DNA of 64,000 nucleotides from Eledone cirrhosa. Taxonomy: Eukaryota. The stretch is taken from contig OZ024752.1 of assembly GCA_964016885.1 (NCBI GenBank), positions 45,136,001 through 45,200,000 of the forward strand. The letters run 5' to 3'. The translations under genes and the position numbers were made by a program. How positions within the stretch are numbered: the stretch's first letter is position 1; each line of letters begins with the position of its first letter. This document shows, in pieces, positions 12,190 to 26,240 of the stretch. Under the pieces are notes generated by a model that did no database searches, had not been told where the DNA came from, and saw only the letters and a list, made by a program, of their open reading frames with translations.

Positions 12190-12480
12190 ATGCAAAGCAT
12201 AAACGAACTAAGGAATAAATTAGAGATAAGAGGGATCAGATGTTGTTTACTCGAGAGAAGGCTACGTTGGTATGGACACGTGATGCGCATGAAAGTCGAT
12301 AGCTGTATAACAAAGTGCAGGGCAATAAAGATAGACGGTAGTCACGGAATAGGCAGACCTAGAAAAACCTGGGACGAGCTGATAAACTCCGACATCACAC
12401 ACTTACACCTCTCCAAGACAATGTCACTGGACCGAGACCTTTGGCGGTACTCAGTAACAGAGAAGACCCGCCTTACCTAA
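12190..12480 (+). mobile_element. RTE-clade LINE ORF C-terminal fragment
   Basis: ERRLRWYGHVMRM...GRPRKTW...D...DRDLWR signature of the RTE C-terminus. Confidence 0.9.
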
Positions 12481-12594
12481 ATATATAGTAAAACCTACTC
12501 CAGCCAGTAGGCATCTCTAACAAATACACCCCGTCCCACCACCCCCACCCGATCCACACCACCCCGTTCTATGTAAAGTTATGTTGGTGCCGCG

Positions 12595-12870
12595 CCATCG
12601 AGGCCGAAACAAATGAGATCGTGTAGGTGTCACGACAAAAAAACACACAGTCCACGCTGTAATGTGGCCGTGTAGGCAACACGGTAAAAACCTCCCAGAC
12701 CCACACTGTAAATGTGGTTGGTGTTAGGAAGGGCATCCAACTGTAGAAAACCTGCCAGACAGTCCTATGCGAGCAAGACAATCACTCTTGCCTCAAGTGG
12801 GACTACCCCCGTCCAAACCCATGCAAGCGTGGAACACGGACGTTAAACGCTGATGATGATGATGATGATG
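12595..12870 (+). mobile_element. RTE-tailed SINE 3' fragment
   Basis: Close match to 41258-41500; (GAT)n tail. Confidence 0.85.
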
Positions 12871-13521
12871 ATATATATATATATTTGATAGACTGAGAAA
12901 GCAAAAGGAAACATCGAGAAAGATATACAATATATATAAATATATATAATATATATATAATATTTATATATATATATATATTATATATATATTTTTTTTG
13001 CAAGTGTAAACTCGGCCAAAGAAGAAGATATATATATATATAATATCATCATATTTAATAACAATACGTTGGAATAAAATAGTTGATAATTATTCACAAG
13101 ATAAACATAACAACAACATCAACAAGTGAGGAGATAACCTTATTTGTGTAAACAGTTTCAATCGCTTGTCGAAAGCAATAGAACGATTCTTAATTATAAG
13201 AATTAATGTGTTTCCTTGCATGAGAAACATTCTTTCCAATCTTTCATATTACGATATTTCTATTGAAAGACATTAAATATGATTTTGAAACAACTTTGAA
13301 AATAATCAAGAATTTCTAAGGATCTATAAATATAGATATCGTTCTCATTTTTAAGGTGGTGTTTGGATCAGGACTTGAGTATGTGAAAAGTTGAAATCAT
13401 TCTGACATTTTTAATACTCGATCCCTATCTCAATTTAAACCAACAAACCTCTACCTACACCACAAAACCTTTAAAATAACAACTACCATTCTCATTTTTA
13501 AGATGGTGTTTTAAAAAATAA

Positions 13522-13700
13522 ATAATTGTTTCTACTTTTAGCACAAGGCCAGCAATTACCCAATACATTACTGGTACTTTATTTTATCGACCCTGTAAGG
13601 ATGAAAGGCAAAGTTAACCTCGGCGGGATTTGAACTCAAACCTTAAAGGAGCGTAACTCTTTGCTGCAAAGCAGAGCGTCAGACCCTCTACGATACTATA
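13522..13700 (-). mobile_element. SINE family A
   Basis: Reverse complement of the family A consensus. Confidence 0.85.
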
Positions 13701-13826
13701 AATAATAATGACTTATTGTGTACTGTGCTCAAGTACACTGCAAGATCATAACAACATAAAATTGTGTTCAAATATTATTCTTACATAAAATTATAATGGA
13801 AGTTTTTAAATGAAAAAAAAATCACT

Positions 13827-14278
13827 TTAACTCTTTAGCATTTATATTACTCTATATTTACTATTGTGTTTTCAGGATAATATCGAATCTATGAGATTTT
13901 GATAACAATACTTTAACATCAGTATGAGTGGCTGGTTACAGCTGGTTTGAACATATTCGGCCAGAATTCTCTCACCTCTGTCTGTTCAAACTGGCTGTAA
14001 CCAGTCGCACATACTCATGTTAAGGTATTATCAAAATCTCGTATTTTTATTATGTGAGGTAATTATGTGAGGTAAAGCCTTTACTGTGAAAATACAATAG
14101 TATATATAGAGTAATGTAAATGTTATGTGAGATATTATGTGAGGTAAAGCCTTTACTGTGAAAATACAATAGTATATATAGAGTAATGTAAATGTTATGG
14201 GAGATATTATGTGATGTAAAGCCTTTACTGTGAAAATACAACAGTATATATACAGTAATATAAATGGAAAAGGGTTAA
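13827..14278. mobile_element. piggyBac-like MITE, rearranged (head-to-head halves, internal 78-bp tandem)
   Basis: TTAA-CTCTTTAGCATTTA start and AAAGGG-TTAA end; same family as 55509-55716. Confidence 0.75.
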
Positions 14279-14306
14279 CAGAATAGCTTTCCTTTATTAT
14301 TTTCAG

Positions 14307-14376
14307 AGGACAGAAAAGCAAGGCTAGAATTAAAAGTTTCAGGTGACCCAAGTATGAGGTTTGGGGTAGGGTCGAG
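14307..14376 (+). other. Candidate 70-nt exon (only open frame EDRKARLELKVSGDPSMRFGVGS)
   Basis: CTTTCCTTTATTATTTTCAG acceptor and GAG|GTGAGT donor. Confidence 0.4.
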
Positions 14377-15192
14377 GTGAGTTTAGGTCATTCCATTGTC
14401 TGTATTGAGCTTTAATCATCAATCTTTTATCATTCGATTTAATTATTCATCTTCATTGGCAAATACTCTCCTGGATAAAACCTGATAGAGTGAAGTAGAT
14501 GGATGCATTGTTGGTGGTGGTGATGTTATTGTTGTATGGGTTGTTGTTGTTGTTGGTGATATTGTTGTATGAGTTGGTGTTGGTGTTGTTGGTGTTATTG
14601 TTGTAAGGGTTGTTGTTGTTGTTGTTGGTGGTGTTATTGTTGTATGGGTTGTTGTTGTTGGTGGTGTTATTGTTGTATGGGTTGTTGTTGTATGGGTTGT
14701 TATTGTTGTATGGTTTGTTATTGCTGTTGTTATTATCATTTTTGTTGTGCTGTTGTTGCTGTCATTGTTTTAGTTGTTGTTGTATGAGTTATTCTTATTG
14801 TTATTGTTGTTTATTGTTGAGGAAGGGAGGGAGAGAATGAGAGAGAGAGAGAGAGAGGGGTGTTAGAGAAAGATATATATATATATATAATGAGAGAGAG
14901 AGTGTGGTAGAGAGAGAAAGAAGGGGAGGGGGAAGAAAGAGAGGGTGAAAGTGAGAGAGAGAGGATGAGAGTTACATCCCAGAGACAATCAAAAGAGTTC
15001 AATAATATATATATTGCTATCAATTCGGTGAAGGAATTAGGATATAATTGAACTTTATGTATTGAAAATAGTGAGAAATTTAGAAATGATTTTAACATAA
15101 ATCCTGTTTCACAGGAATCAATAATGTCACCGACATTATCACAGAATTTCCTAAAATACTATAAAAATCTAATAACATAAATATATATATAT

Positions 15193-15231
<39 letters not shown>

Positions 15232-15237
15232 AATATA

Positions 15238-15288
<51 letters not shown>

Positions 15289-15477
15289 CAGTTATAAAAT
15301 ATTTACTTGTAACCCAACAATTTTAAATAAAACTTTTGCATATATATATATATTTATATATATATATTTATATATATATATATTTATATATATATATAAA
15401 TATATATATCAACAAACAGCGAAAGACGCGTTCCGAATTGTCCGACAGACAACCTTTTCCCCCACCCCGGAAAAAAA

Positions 15478-15514
15478 CCCCCAGTTGATGGATGTGAATC
15501 CGAAATATATAGGG
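15478..15514 (+). ncRNA. Degenerate minimal hammerhead motif
   Basis: CCC-CAGTTGA (two changes from CTGATGA)-T-GGAT(GTGA)ATCC-GAAA-TATA-TA-GGG. Confidence 0.45.
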
Positions 15515-15751
15515 ACTATTAAATCTCTCCCAAGGTAACTCTCTCTCCTGTGTTGTTATAATTATTTTTACCCTTTCACCCTTCCCTTCATTCTACACAT
15601 CTCACACATCTTATACACACCACGCATCTCAACGTACACCCACTTACATATCTCTCTCTCCTCCACCGGACCCTGTTACCCGGAGATTTACCCATTTGCA
15701 TTGTCGAGGCTTCCAAACGACTTATAAATATATATATATATATATATATAA

Positions 15752-15786
<35 letters not shown>

Positions 15787-15840
15787 AATATATATCTAAA
15801 TATATATATATATATTTATATGTATATTTATATATATATG

Positions 15841-16172
15841 TCATCATCATCATTTCATTTTACGTCCACTTTTTCCCTGCTTGCAAGGGTGGGACGGGAA
15901 CTGATTCTGGCTTGATTTCTACAGCTGGATGCCCTTCCTAACACCAACCTCATTTACAGTGAGTGCTGGGTGCTTTTTTGCCGTGGCACCTCCACGACCA
16001 CTTTGCAGTGGAATGATAAGGACCCCAGTCCCTATCATCTCATTTCTACAGCTGAGTAAACTGGAGCAATGTGAAATAAAGTGTCTTGCTCAAGGAAACA
16101 ACACATCACCCGCTCTGAGAATTGAACTCACAACCTTTCGATTGCAAGGCCAATGCTCTAACCACTAAGTCA
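15841..16172 (-). mobile_element. SINE family B, near full length
   Basis: Reverse complement nearly identical to 58362-58703. Confidence 0.95.
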
Positions 16173-16259
16173 TATTTATATTTATATATATTTATATATT
16201 TATATATATATCAATGCTAGCATGGAAAAACGGACGTAAAACGGTGATGATGATGATGA

Positions 16260-17390
<1,131 letters not shown>

Positions 17391-17767
17391 ATCCCACCTT
17401 TGCAAGCAGGGAAAAATGGACGTAAAATGATGATGATATACATATATACATATATATAAATATATTTATATATCTATATATATACATATCTATAATATTT
17501 ATATATATTTCTTACAACAATAACCACAACAACCACAACAACCACCACCACCAAAACAGCCACAAAAATAACAACAATAACAACAATACTTGTTACTTAT
17601 TTCATCAGTTGCACTGATATGTTACCAGATGCACAATGATAAAAATTAGATGAAATTTACAGCCTGCACCTATGTAGATTTAGCTGGCCTCCATCAAGGA
17701 GGTTTCTTGGCTGGTTTAATGATACAGACCCCGATCTTTCTTGATATAAACATTTATATATATATAT

Positions 17768-18108
17768 GGAGGCACATGGCTTAGTGGTTAGAGCATTGGC
17801 CTTGCAATCAAAAGGTTGTGAGTTCAATTCTCAGACTGGGTGATGTGTTGTTTCCTTGAGCAAGACACTTTATTTCACATTGCTCCAGTTTACTCAGCTG
17901 TAGAAATGAGATGATAGGGACTGGGGTCCTTATCATTCCACTGCAAAGTGGTCGTGGAGGTGCCACGGCAAAAAGGCACCCAGCACTCACTGTAAATGAG
18001 GTTGGTGTTAGGAAGGGAGGGCATCCAGCTGTAGAAATCAAGCCAGAATCAGTTCCCGTCCCACCCTTGCAAGCAGGAAAAAGCGGACATAAAATGATGA
18101 TGATGATA
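17768..18108 (+). mobile_element. SINE family B, full length
   Basis: GGAGGCACATGGCTTAGTGGTTAGAGC A-box head, B-box, body, (ATG)n tail. Confidence 0.95.
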
Positions 18109-18214
18109 TATATATATACACACACACACACTTTAGCGTAGAAAAATGGTGATGATGATGATGAGGATAAATATATATATAGCAAAGTAGTAACACAACA
18201 GTTAGTTCACCATA

Positions 18215-18255
18215 CCGGGAACAATTGTTTCACCTTATGTGGATCTTCAGCTCGG
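18215..18255 (-). ncRNA. Hammerhead ribozyme motif with weak helix II
   Basis: Minus strand: CCGAG-CUGAAGA-UCC(ACAUAA)GGU-GAAA-CAAUUG-UU-CCCGG; palindromic ACAAUUGU. Confidence 0.6.
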
Positions 18256-18413
18256 ACTGATAATGGTTATAAGGAACATCTGCTAAGGAACATCTGCTAA
18301 TTGTTCTCCGTATGGTGAACTAACTGTTGTGTTACTACTTCTACCAAACTCATCCCATGGACTGAGTGCTCTACCACTACAGATATTACCTTCCAGTGTT
18401 CTACCATTTTATA

Positions 18414-18449
<36 letters not shown>

Positions 18450-18643
18450 AATGATGGCTGCCCCCTCGTTATCGAGTATGGCCATTGCACGATATACCAT
18501 TATAAATAATTATGAATTAATTTTATCATGCAATGCCTGTGCGTGAAGATTTTTTTTAAAGTGAGGAAAGACTGTGCACTGAGCCAATCCCACTCTCTGA
18601 GCGACAGTAGCTATGACCCGAAAAGAAGAAAAGATCAACATCA
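18450..18643 (-). mobile_element. Non-autonomous RTE-derived element, 3' part
   Basis: Near-identical to 32908-33107. Confidence 0.8.
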
Positions 18644-19636
18644 TATATATATATACATACGTATATATATATATTTGTGTGTGTATATATACATACGTAT
18701 ATATATTTGTGTGTGTGTGTTTACAGTTCACACCTAGGTACATTTGCGTTAGGAAGGGCATCCAGTCATAGAAAACCAGCCAGAAACTGTCTTATATGAA
18801 GGAGACAGGGTCACCTGACCCAACTTGCCTCTAAATGGGACAAACCCATCTAACCCATCCTAGCATGGAAGATAGACATTAAACGATGATGATGATGATA
18901 TATTCATATAATATGTACACACACAGGATCATCAGACATATGTATATGTTCACATACACACACACACAACCACACACAAACACACACATAACCACACACA
19001 CACAACCACACACAAACACACACATAACCACACACACACAAACACACACATAACCATGCACACACAACCACACACAAACACACACAAACACACACACAAC
19101 CACACACAAACACACACACAACCACACACACAACCACACACATAACCACACACATAACCACACATAACCACACACATACACAAATACACACACACATATG
19201 ATGGGCTTGTGCAGTTTCAATCTAACAAATTCCTCTCCTAAAAAGGTATTGGTCAACCCGAGGATATATTAAGACATTTGTCCCAAATGCTGCGCAATAT
19301 GGCTAAACCCAGAACTACATGGTTAGGAAGTAAACAGCTTAACCACACAGCTACCCCTGCTCACCAAGTTTACAACACAGATAGATAAGATTTTGGCATT
19401 TGTAATTAATCTTGAGAAATGGCTGACACTTTGATTATAAACTGAACAATATGATATCAATACATCGATATCATATATAGTAATATAATATCAATATCAT
19501 GTTAATATGAAATCAATATAACATTAAATCACTTCAAGAATTCCAATTTATTGCAAAGTTAGATGTGCTGTTCTATATATATATATATATATATATAAAG
19601 TACAGAACAATCAAATCTATGTTTAATACATTTTAT

Positions 19637-19683
19637 TGCTGACAATCGTTTCTTCCAAACAGCCCTTTGGGATCATCAGAGCA
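19637..19683 (-). ncRNA. Type I hammerhead ribozyme
   Basis: Minus strand: UGCU-CUGAUGA-UCCCAAA(GGGCUG)UUUGGAA-GAAA-C(GAUU)G-UC-AGCA; canonical GUC site. Confidence 0.7.
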
Positions 19684-19942
19684 TTGGCAAATTTTAAACA
19701 CATAATTAAATTCCTATTCTACAGAACAATCATAAAGATACGTTGATATAATTGTTGCAACCAATAGTGTCATATTGAAAGAGAGTGAAGATGTTGTGGT
19801 CTTCACTCTTCAAACATAGATTTGATTGTTCTGTACTTTACATTCCTGCTCTCTAATACATCTGATGTATTTATATTGAGCTATTTTTCATACTGGTAAT
19901 AAGGTGGTAAAAAATAAAAAAATACTGACCTTTCCTATTTGT

Positions 19943-20170
19943 AATTATATATAGTTTATATATAAGTATAAATAATATTATTATTATTATATATATAATT
20001 ATATATAGTTTATATATAAGTATAAATAATATTATTATTATATATATATAATTATATATAGTTTATATATAAGTATAAATAATATTATTATTATTATATA
20101 TATAATTATATATAGTTTATATATAAGTATAAATAATATTATTATTATTATATATATAATTATATATATA
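19943..20170. repeat. AT-rich tandem repeat, about 54 bp x4
   Basis: ATTATATATAGTTTATATATAAGTATAAAT unit at 19944, 19998, 20051 and 20105. Confidence 0.9.
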
Positions 20171-20274
20171 TATATAAATGTGTGAAATTCTGGCCATGGC
20201 GCCAAGTTGTTTTGGCTTTTGTGTGTTCAGCAAGTCTTTTCAAGGTCTCCTCAGTCTCAGCACCACAGCCTTTA

Positions 20275-20398
20275 TATAATTGTTTCTACTTTTGGCACAA
20301 GACCAGCAATTATCCCAGTGCATTACTGGTACTTTATTTTATCAACCCCATGAGGATTAAAGGCAAAGTTAACCTCGGCTGGATTTGAACTCAGAGTT
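20275..20398 (-). mobile_element. SINE family A, 3' half
   Basis: Consensus match. Confidence 0.85.
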
Positions 20399-21058
20399 AC
20401 AGCCCTTGCCATTCTATGTGTCAAACCCATTTTTAGATATTTTCAGTTATATCATTACAGAAATTCTAGGGTTATTACTGCAAATATTCACAATTTTCTG
20501 TCCTATAGTAAATTTTCTCACTCTGTCCTCTAGTAAAGATACTATAAACATTTGAATTAACAAACCCGCTTTCAGATATTTTCAGCTAAATCATTACAGA
20601 ATTTTAAAAGAACTAAAATAGGATCATATTTATTGATCTATTTTATTACAGTTAGTGTTGTTTCATGTCTGCTGTTGTCATAGATTTACAGGTTTTCTAC
20701 TGCGGAAAGAAAATCTGTCTTGTGCGTGGGTGTTCCTTGACAGGATTTGAAGAATTGCAATAAAAACAAAAAGAACCAATCCTCGAGGCTAGTCTTCAGA
20801 TATTGGTGCCATCAATCAGCCTTTGGAAATAAGACGGCTATAGTGAAATATCAAATGAAAATGCAATTCAAAAATCAATACTTGACAAAATATCGATATA
20901 TCATCAGAGAATTATCCTGTGGAAAGACTGACACATTCGTGCATGTATGTATAACCTCCAGTGGACAATAGGATGGCTTTCCAGTCATGCTGGCAAGATG
21001 GTGAATTTTGGTGAAAAATTCTAGAGGAATGTCACGCTTAGGCTATTTTTATATATAT

Positions 21059-21254
21059 ATAGGAAAAAGTATGACTCCGACGGCAGAGCTCAAGCCGTTT
21101 CAACGGCTATTTCTGGACTCAGAAATAACCGTCGAAACGGCTTGAGCTCTGCCGTAGGGGTCATACTTTTTCCTATTTCCCACTCTACTACCCTAAGTAT
21201 TGAGTACTCTGGTGCATTATGGTCCATCTACTTCCTTACCACAATTCCTTTGTT
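21059..21254 (+). mobile_element. Fold-back element family P: 57-bp-arm palindrome plus unique tail
   Basis: 21059-21176 inverted repeat around GACT with 4 mismatches; tail shared with 31552-31633. Confidence 0.85.
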
Positions 21255-21316
21255 ATATATATATATGTATATATATCATCATCATCATCATTTTACGTCC
21301 GCTTGCAAAAATATAA

Positions 21317-21363
<47 letters not shown>

Positions 21364-21398
21364 AATAGCCTATATACATATGTATATAGGCTATATAC

Positions 21399-21440
<42 letters not shown>

Positions 21441-21542
21441 TAGGACTTGAGGGCGACTGACCGAGGTGAAAGCAGCTGGTTGCTCTGTCTCTGATTTTCG
21501 GACCCATGGATTTTATATATTCCTTTGTTATATTTCGAATAC

Positions 21543-21590
21543 CTGATGATATCACCGGATTCATACGGAACCCGGTCATTGAAATGATCA
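21543..21590 (+). ncRNA. Degenerate hammerhead-like motif
   Basis: CTGATGA, long helix ACCGGATTC/GAACCCGGT, GAAA, palindromic TGATCA; U16.1 and helix I not conserved. Confidence 0.4.
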
Positions 21591-21769
21591 CACCAGTCCA
21601 GCCTCCTGTTATTTTATGTGTTATATATATATATATATATATATAAATACAGAGAGAGAGAGTCAGCATATGTACAGAGCCTCAGTTTGACATGCCTGGT
21701 CTATATAACAAGTTAAAATCTTATGTTGCAGTTGACACTTTTGCTGGCTATATGAAATCAATGCAGTGG

Positions 21770-22102
21770 AAATGGTATGTCAATTGGTATGTCAATGGTG
21801 TGTCAATGGTATGGTATGTCAATGATGTGTCAATGGTGGGTCAATGGTATGGTGTGTCAATGGTATGGTATGTCAGTGGTATGTCAATGGTATGGTATGT
21901 CAGTGGTGAGTCAATGGTATGGTATGTCAGTGGTATGTCAATGGTATAGTATGTCAATGGTGTGTCAATGGTATGTCAATGGTATGTCAATGGTATAGTA
22001 TGTCAATGGTGTGTCAATGGTATGTCAATGGTATGGTATGTCAGTGGTATGTCAGTGGTGAGTCAATGGTATGGTATGGTATGTCAATGGTATGTCATTG
22101 GT
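21770..22102. repeat. Degenerate GGTATGTCAAT minisatellite
   Basis: Tandem 11-16 bp units. Confidence 0.9.
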
Positions 22103-22912
22103 GTACAGCAACATTGTCCCAGTATTAAGATAGAATTGATCGAAGCTAGCAATATCACATTAACCTTTCATCACAATTAAGTTAATTCAAAAGTTTATAT
22201 AAAACTGATCTATTGTAACTTGTAACTACTATTGAAATATGTTCTATCATATTTTTTCGTTCGTTTGTTTGTATTTTTCTATAATTCTCTTGTTTACTGA
22301 AGAGAAGCTATAGTCACTTCTGACAGAAAAGCGGTCACACACATCCATATCGTGTGTGTATAATTACGTTTACCACTGAAGCAGAAAAAACTGAAAGTGA
22401 TGCCATATTTCTATTGAAGGATATAATTTAATTTTCAATGATATTGTGAATAATTTACACTGAATGGAAATCAACAATTGATTATGTGCTGTGGCTTTCT
22501 ATTAACTCCTTTTTCCATATTAATTTTAAATTAATCATATATTTTCCAACAGGTCTGTATAACATATTGCCTCACTCTGGAGAATATTATTCAATACTTA
22601 TTTACCTACTATAGGGTAGTAAGTTCACTAGAAAGAGTCTATAATGAAGCTAGGAAACAATCTGCTCCCTCTCCTATCTTCTACTGCAGTTCCAATAAAT
22701 CATTATGTTGGTGCTGTATTTACTTGATATCTATATATAAATTAGAAAGTGAACAACACAAAATATAATTAATCCATTACCAAAGGTTTCTGGATCCCAG
22801 ACAATATTAATATACGTCTGGATATATTAAAAATGTAATTATTACATATATATCTATATATCTATATATACATACATATATATACATATATATATATGTG
22901 TGTGTGTATATA

Positions 22913-22962
<50 letters not shown>

Positions 22963-23128
22963 TATACATATATGTATATATACATATATATACATATATG
23001 TATATATATATATATATACATATATATACATATATGTATATATATATACATATATATACATATATGTATATATATATATACATATATGTATATATATATA
23101 TATATACATATATATACATATATGTATA

Positions 23129-23166
<38 letters not shown>

Positions 23167-23172
23167 TATACA

Positions 23173-23210
<38 letters not shown>

Positions 23211-23336
23211 TATACATATATGTATATATATATATATATATACATATATATACATATATGTATATATATATATACATATATATACATATATATACATATA
23301 TGTATATATATATATATATACATATATATACATATA

Positions 23337-23370
<34 letters not shown>

Positions 23371-23411
23371 CATATATATATATACATATATATATATATA
23401 CATATATATAC

Positions 23412-23458
<47 letters not shown>

Positions 23459-23557
23459 CATATATATACATATATATACATATATATACATATATATACA
23501 TATATATATATACATACATATATATCCATATATATGTGTGTATATATATATATATAT

Positions 23558-23753
23558 GCCAAAAAAGCACCCAGCCCACACTGCAAAGTGGTCGTGGGGG
23601 TGCCACGGCAAAAAAGCACCCAGCACTCACTGTAAATGAGGTTGGTGTTAGGAAGGGCATCCAGCTGTAGAAATCAAGCCAGAATCAGTTCCCGTCCCAC
23701 CCTTGCAAGCAGGGAAAAAGTGGACGTAAAATGAAATGATGATGATGATGATG
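23558..23753 (+). mobile_element. SINE family B, 3' part, following a long (TA/TACA)n array
   Basis: Consensus match with (ATG)n tail. Confidence 0.9.
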
Positions 23754-24699
23754 ATATAGACCTGTCTTGTTAGTACTCTTCTATTGATGACCCCCCCCCT
23801 ACTCACACTCATGTTCTAATTTCTACCTGCCTCCAATAAAGTTCATGATTTTAGCAATGCTTTTAATTCTATTATTGATCTCTATTGATTTCTAGATCAC
23901 CTTTAATTTCATTTTCCCAATTATAAGAATGTGATATTTGTAATATAAGAACTCCTTTTTTGGCTTGCCTTGTGTCTACTTCCCTCTCAGTCTTGCCTCT
24001 CTATATATATCTTTATCTATCTATATATCTCTCTTTATTTTTATATCTATCTATCACTCTACCTATCTATCTATCTAACCATCTCTCCCTCTATCTATCT
24101 ATCTAACCATCTCTCCCTCTATCTATCTATCTAACCATCTCTCTCTCTCTATCTATCTATCTCTCTATCTATCTATCTCTCCATCTATACATCTATGTAT
24201 AAATCTAGGGTTTACTACATCCTTTCAATGTGGTACCTCAGCAGGGGCCACAGTTCCTGGTACCTCACCAGGAGCCACAGTCCCTCAGAGTTGCAGTGCC
24301 TCTAGGGTCAGCCACTTTACATATATTTCACATGCAAACTGTTTCGTTGATCAAACAACTGGAACACTCATCGTTGAAAACGACGGAGGTCCAACACACA
24401 CACATACACACACACACATACATACACACATACATATACACATATATACACACACATACACATGAACAGAGTAAATCTTTTCAAAGAATTTCGTGACAAA
24501 ATTTCGAATAATTTAAGAAGAATTATGAGAGATTTATTAAAATTTTTATAATTATTTAATTCCTAAGATATTCCCCTAAAATATGGTTCTTATGTAAGAT
24601 TTTGTTGGAAGAATTTAATTTAAATAGAAACTTTTTAAAAGAGGTGGAAAGGTTTCGAAGAACTAGAACCAGTTTTGGCCAGGGTTAGTATCAAAATAA

Positions 24700-24898
24700 T
24701 GGTTTCTTATATAGGCACAAGGTTAGCAATTTTGGGGGAGGGAAAAGTCGATTAAATCGACCCTAGTGCATTACTGGTATTTTATTTTGTCGACCTTGTA
24801 AGGATGAAAGGCAAAGTTAACCTCGGTGGTATTTGAACTTAGACCATAAAGGGCCGTAACTCTATGCTATAAAGCATGGTGTTCGGCCCTCTACCGAT
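24700..24898 (-). mobile_element. SINE family A, long-tail variant
   Basis: Consensus match including the GGGGAGGGAAAAGTCGATTAAATCGAC segment. Confidence 0.85.
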
Positions 24899-25007
24899 AA
24901 TGACAACTATAATGACGGCAATAATATAAAAAGAAAGGAAAGGAAAGAAAGAATAGAGAAATATAGAGAAAAAAGAGAGAAAGAAAGAAGAAAACGAACG
25001 GGAGGGC

Positions 25008-25112
25008 ATGGCAAGAGCTCTGGTGTCGCAGCAGAGGGGGGAGGAGGGGGCTTTGGGCCTAGGGCAAGTGCTGCGCAAGAAGGCAGAAGTACTGCGCCCC
25101 GCAGACAAGACG
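25008..25112 (+). other. GC-rich island, possible first exon (MARALVSQQRGEEGALGLGQVLRKKAEVLRPADKT)
   Basis: GGCATGG start context, ACG|GTAAAA weak donor, several CpGs; no family recognised. Confidence 0.25.
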
Positions 25113-25656
25113 GTAAAAGCATTCCTAGCAAAGATCGAATCGTTATCGACATGTCAAATAAAATTACATCACAGCACATCCGTGAAAGATCTTTCTAGTC
25201 ACTTCATTATTTCAATAGCATTACTCTCAGATCTTCCGTTTTTTTTCTTTAAAAATTTCTATTAAGTGTTTTCAAATGACATTGTTGATACCATATATTC
25301 CTTCATGTCGATCTCGTAAAGTTTTAAAGTCTTTGAAATAGGTTTTAGCATTGGGATTAGGATTACATTGCAGCTAACGATATAAGCTTTATGTTATAGT
25401 TTTCTACTGTGTGTATGTACTCTGTGTGTACCGTGTGAGTGTGTGTGTGTATGTATCATGTGTATGTACTCTTTTTTAATATTTTTCTTCTTCTTTAAGA
25501 TCAATTGTTCCAGGATCTTATTTGAATTTCTGACGGCTTTTAACATTCAAGGATGTTGAATAATATTGATTTATAGACACACATATATACATACTACATG
25601 CATGCATATAAACATACAATACATCTCTTTCTCTCTCTCATATATATATATATACA

Positions 25657-26240
25657 CAGTGGCGGACTTGGTCTAAAAATATTGGTTGCCAGGAGATGAA
25701 GGGGGGGCCCACCTTCATATAGAATTCTATCATTTAATTTTTATAATGAATAAATAACATTTTCGAAAAATACGTAAGTGGAAACAAAACAGTGCAATCA
25801 AATTTTTGCAGAAAAATATTTTACCTTCTCCAATAAAAAATATTATGTCTTTGGCGAAATCCAGAGACTTTCAGTAATGACCGGAAGTCGACCCTAAATA
25901 TTACTAATAGCTCTAGGAAACTTTGATTTTGAAAGTAAGTTTATAATTATTAATTTTCATTGCACTTTTGTAGCTGTCTCGGTGGCCTAGTTGGGGGAGT
26001 CATAGACTGAGGTGACCCTGGTCTGAAGTTCAATCCTGGTCGGGAGTAGGGTTCCCGGTAAACGTTTTCAGTTTTTCGGGTTGTAAAATAAAAACTGAAA
26101 AATGTACCTTTTGACCAGGATTGAACCCAAGACCAGGCTCTCCACCGTCTCCAGTACCTACCACTGGGCCACCGAGACAACTACGAAAATCTTATGAAAA
26201 TTCATACTTATAAACCTACTTTCAAAATTTTCAAAACAAA
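25657..26240. mobile_element. Probable hAT-like non-autonomous element fragment with an internal inverted pair of tRNA-like units
   Basis: Starts CAGTGGCGGA (hAT-type TIR); diverged inverted repeat about 25920-26070 versus 26095-26240; right TIR not found. Confidence 0.5.

Noticed and set aside
17768-17840. tRNA gene call for SINE heads (also 58362, 31653, 46355)
   Set aside because: A and B boxes are present but there is no acceptor stem, and each continues into a SINE body
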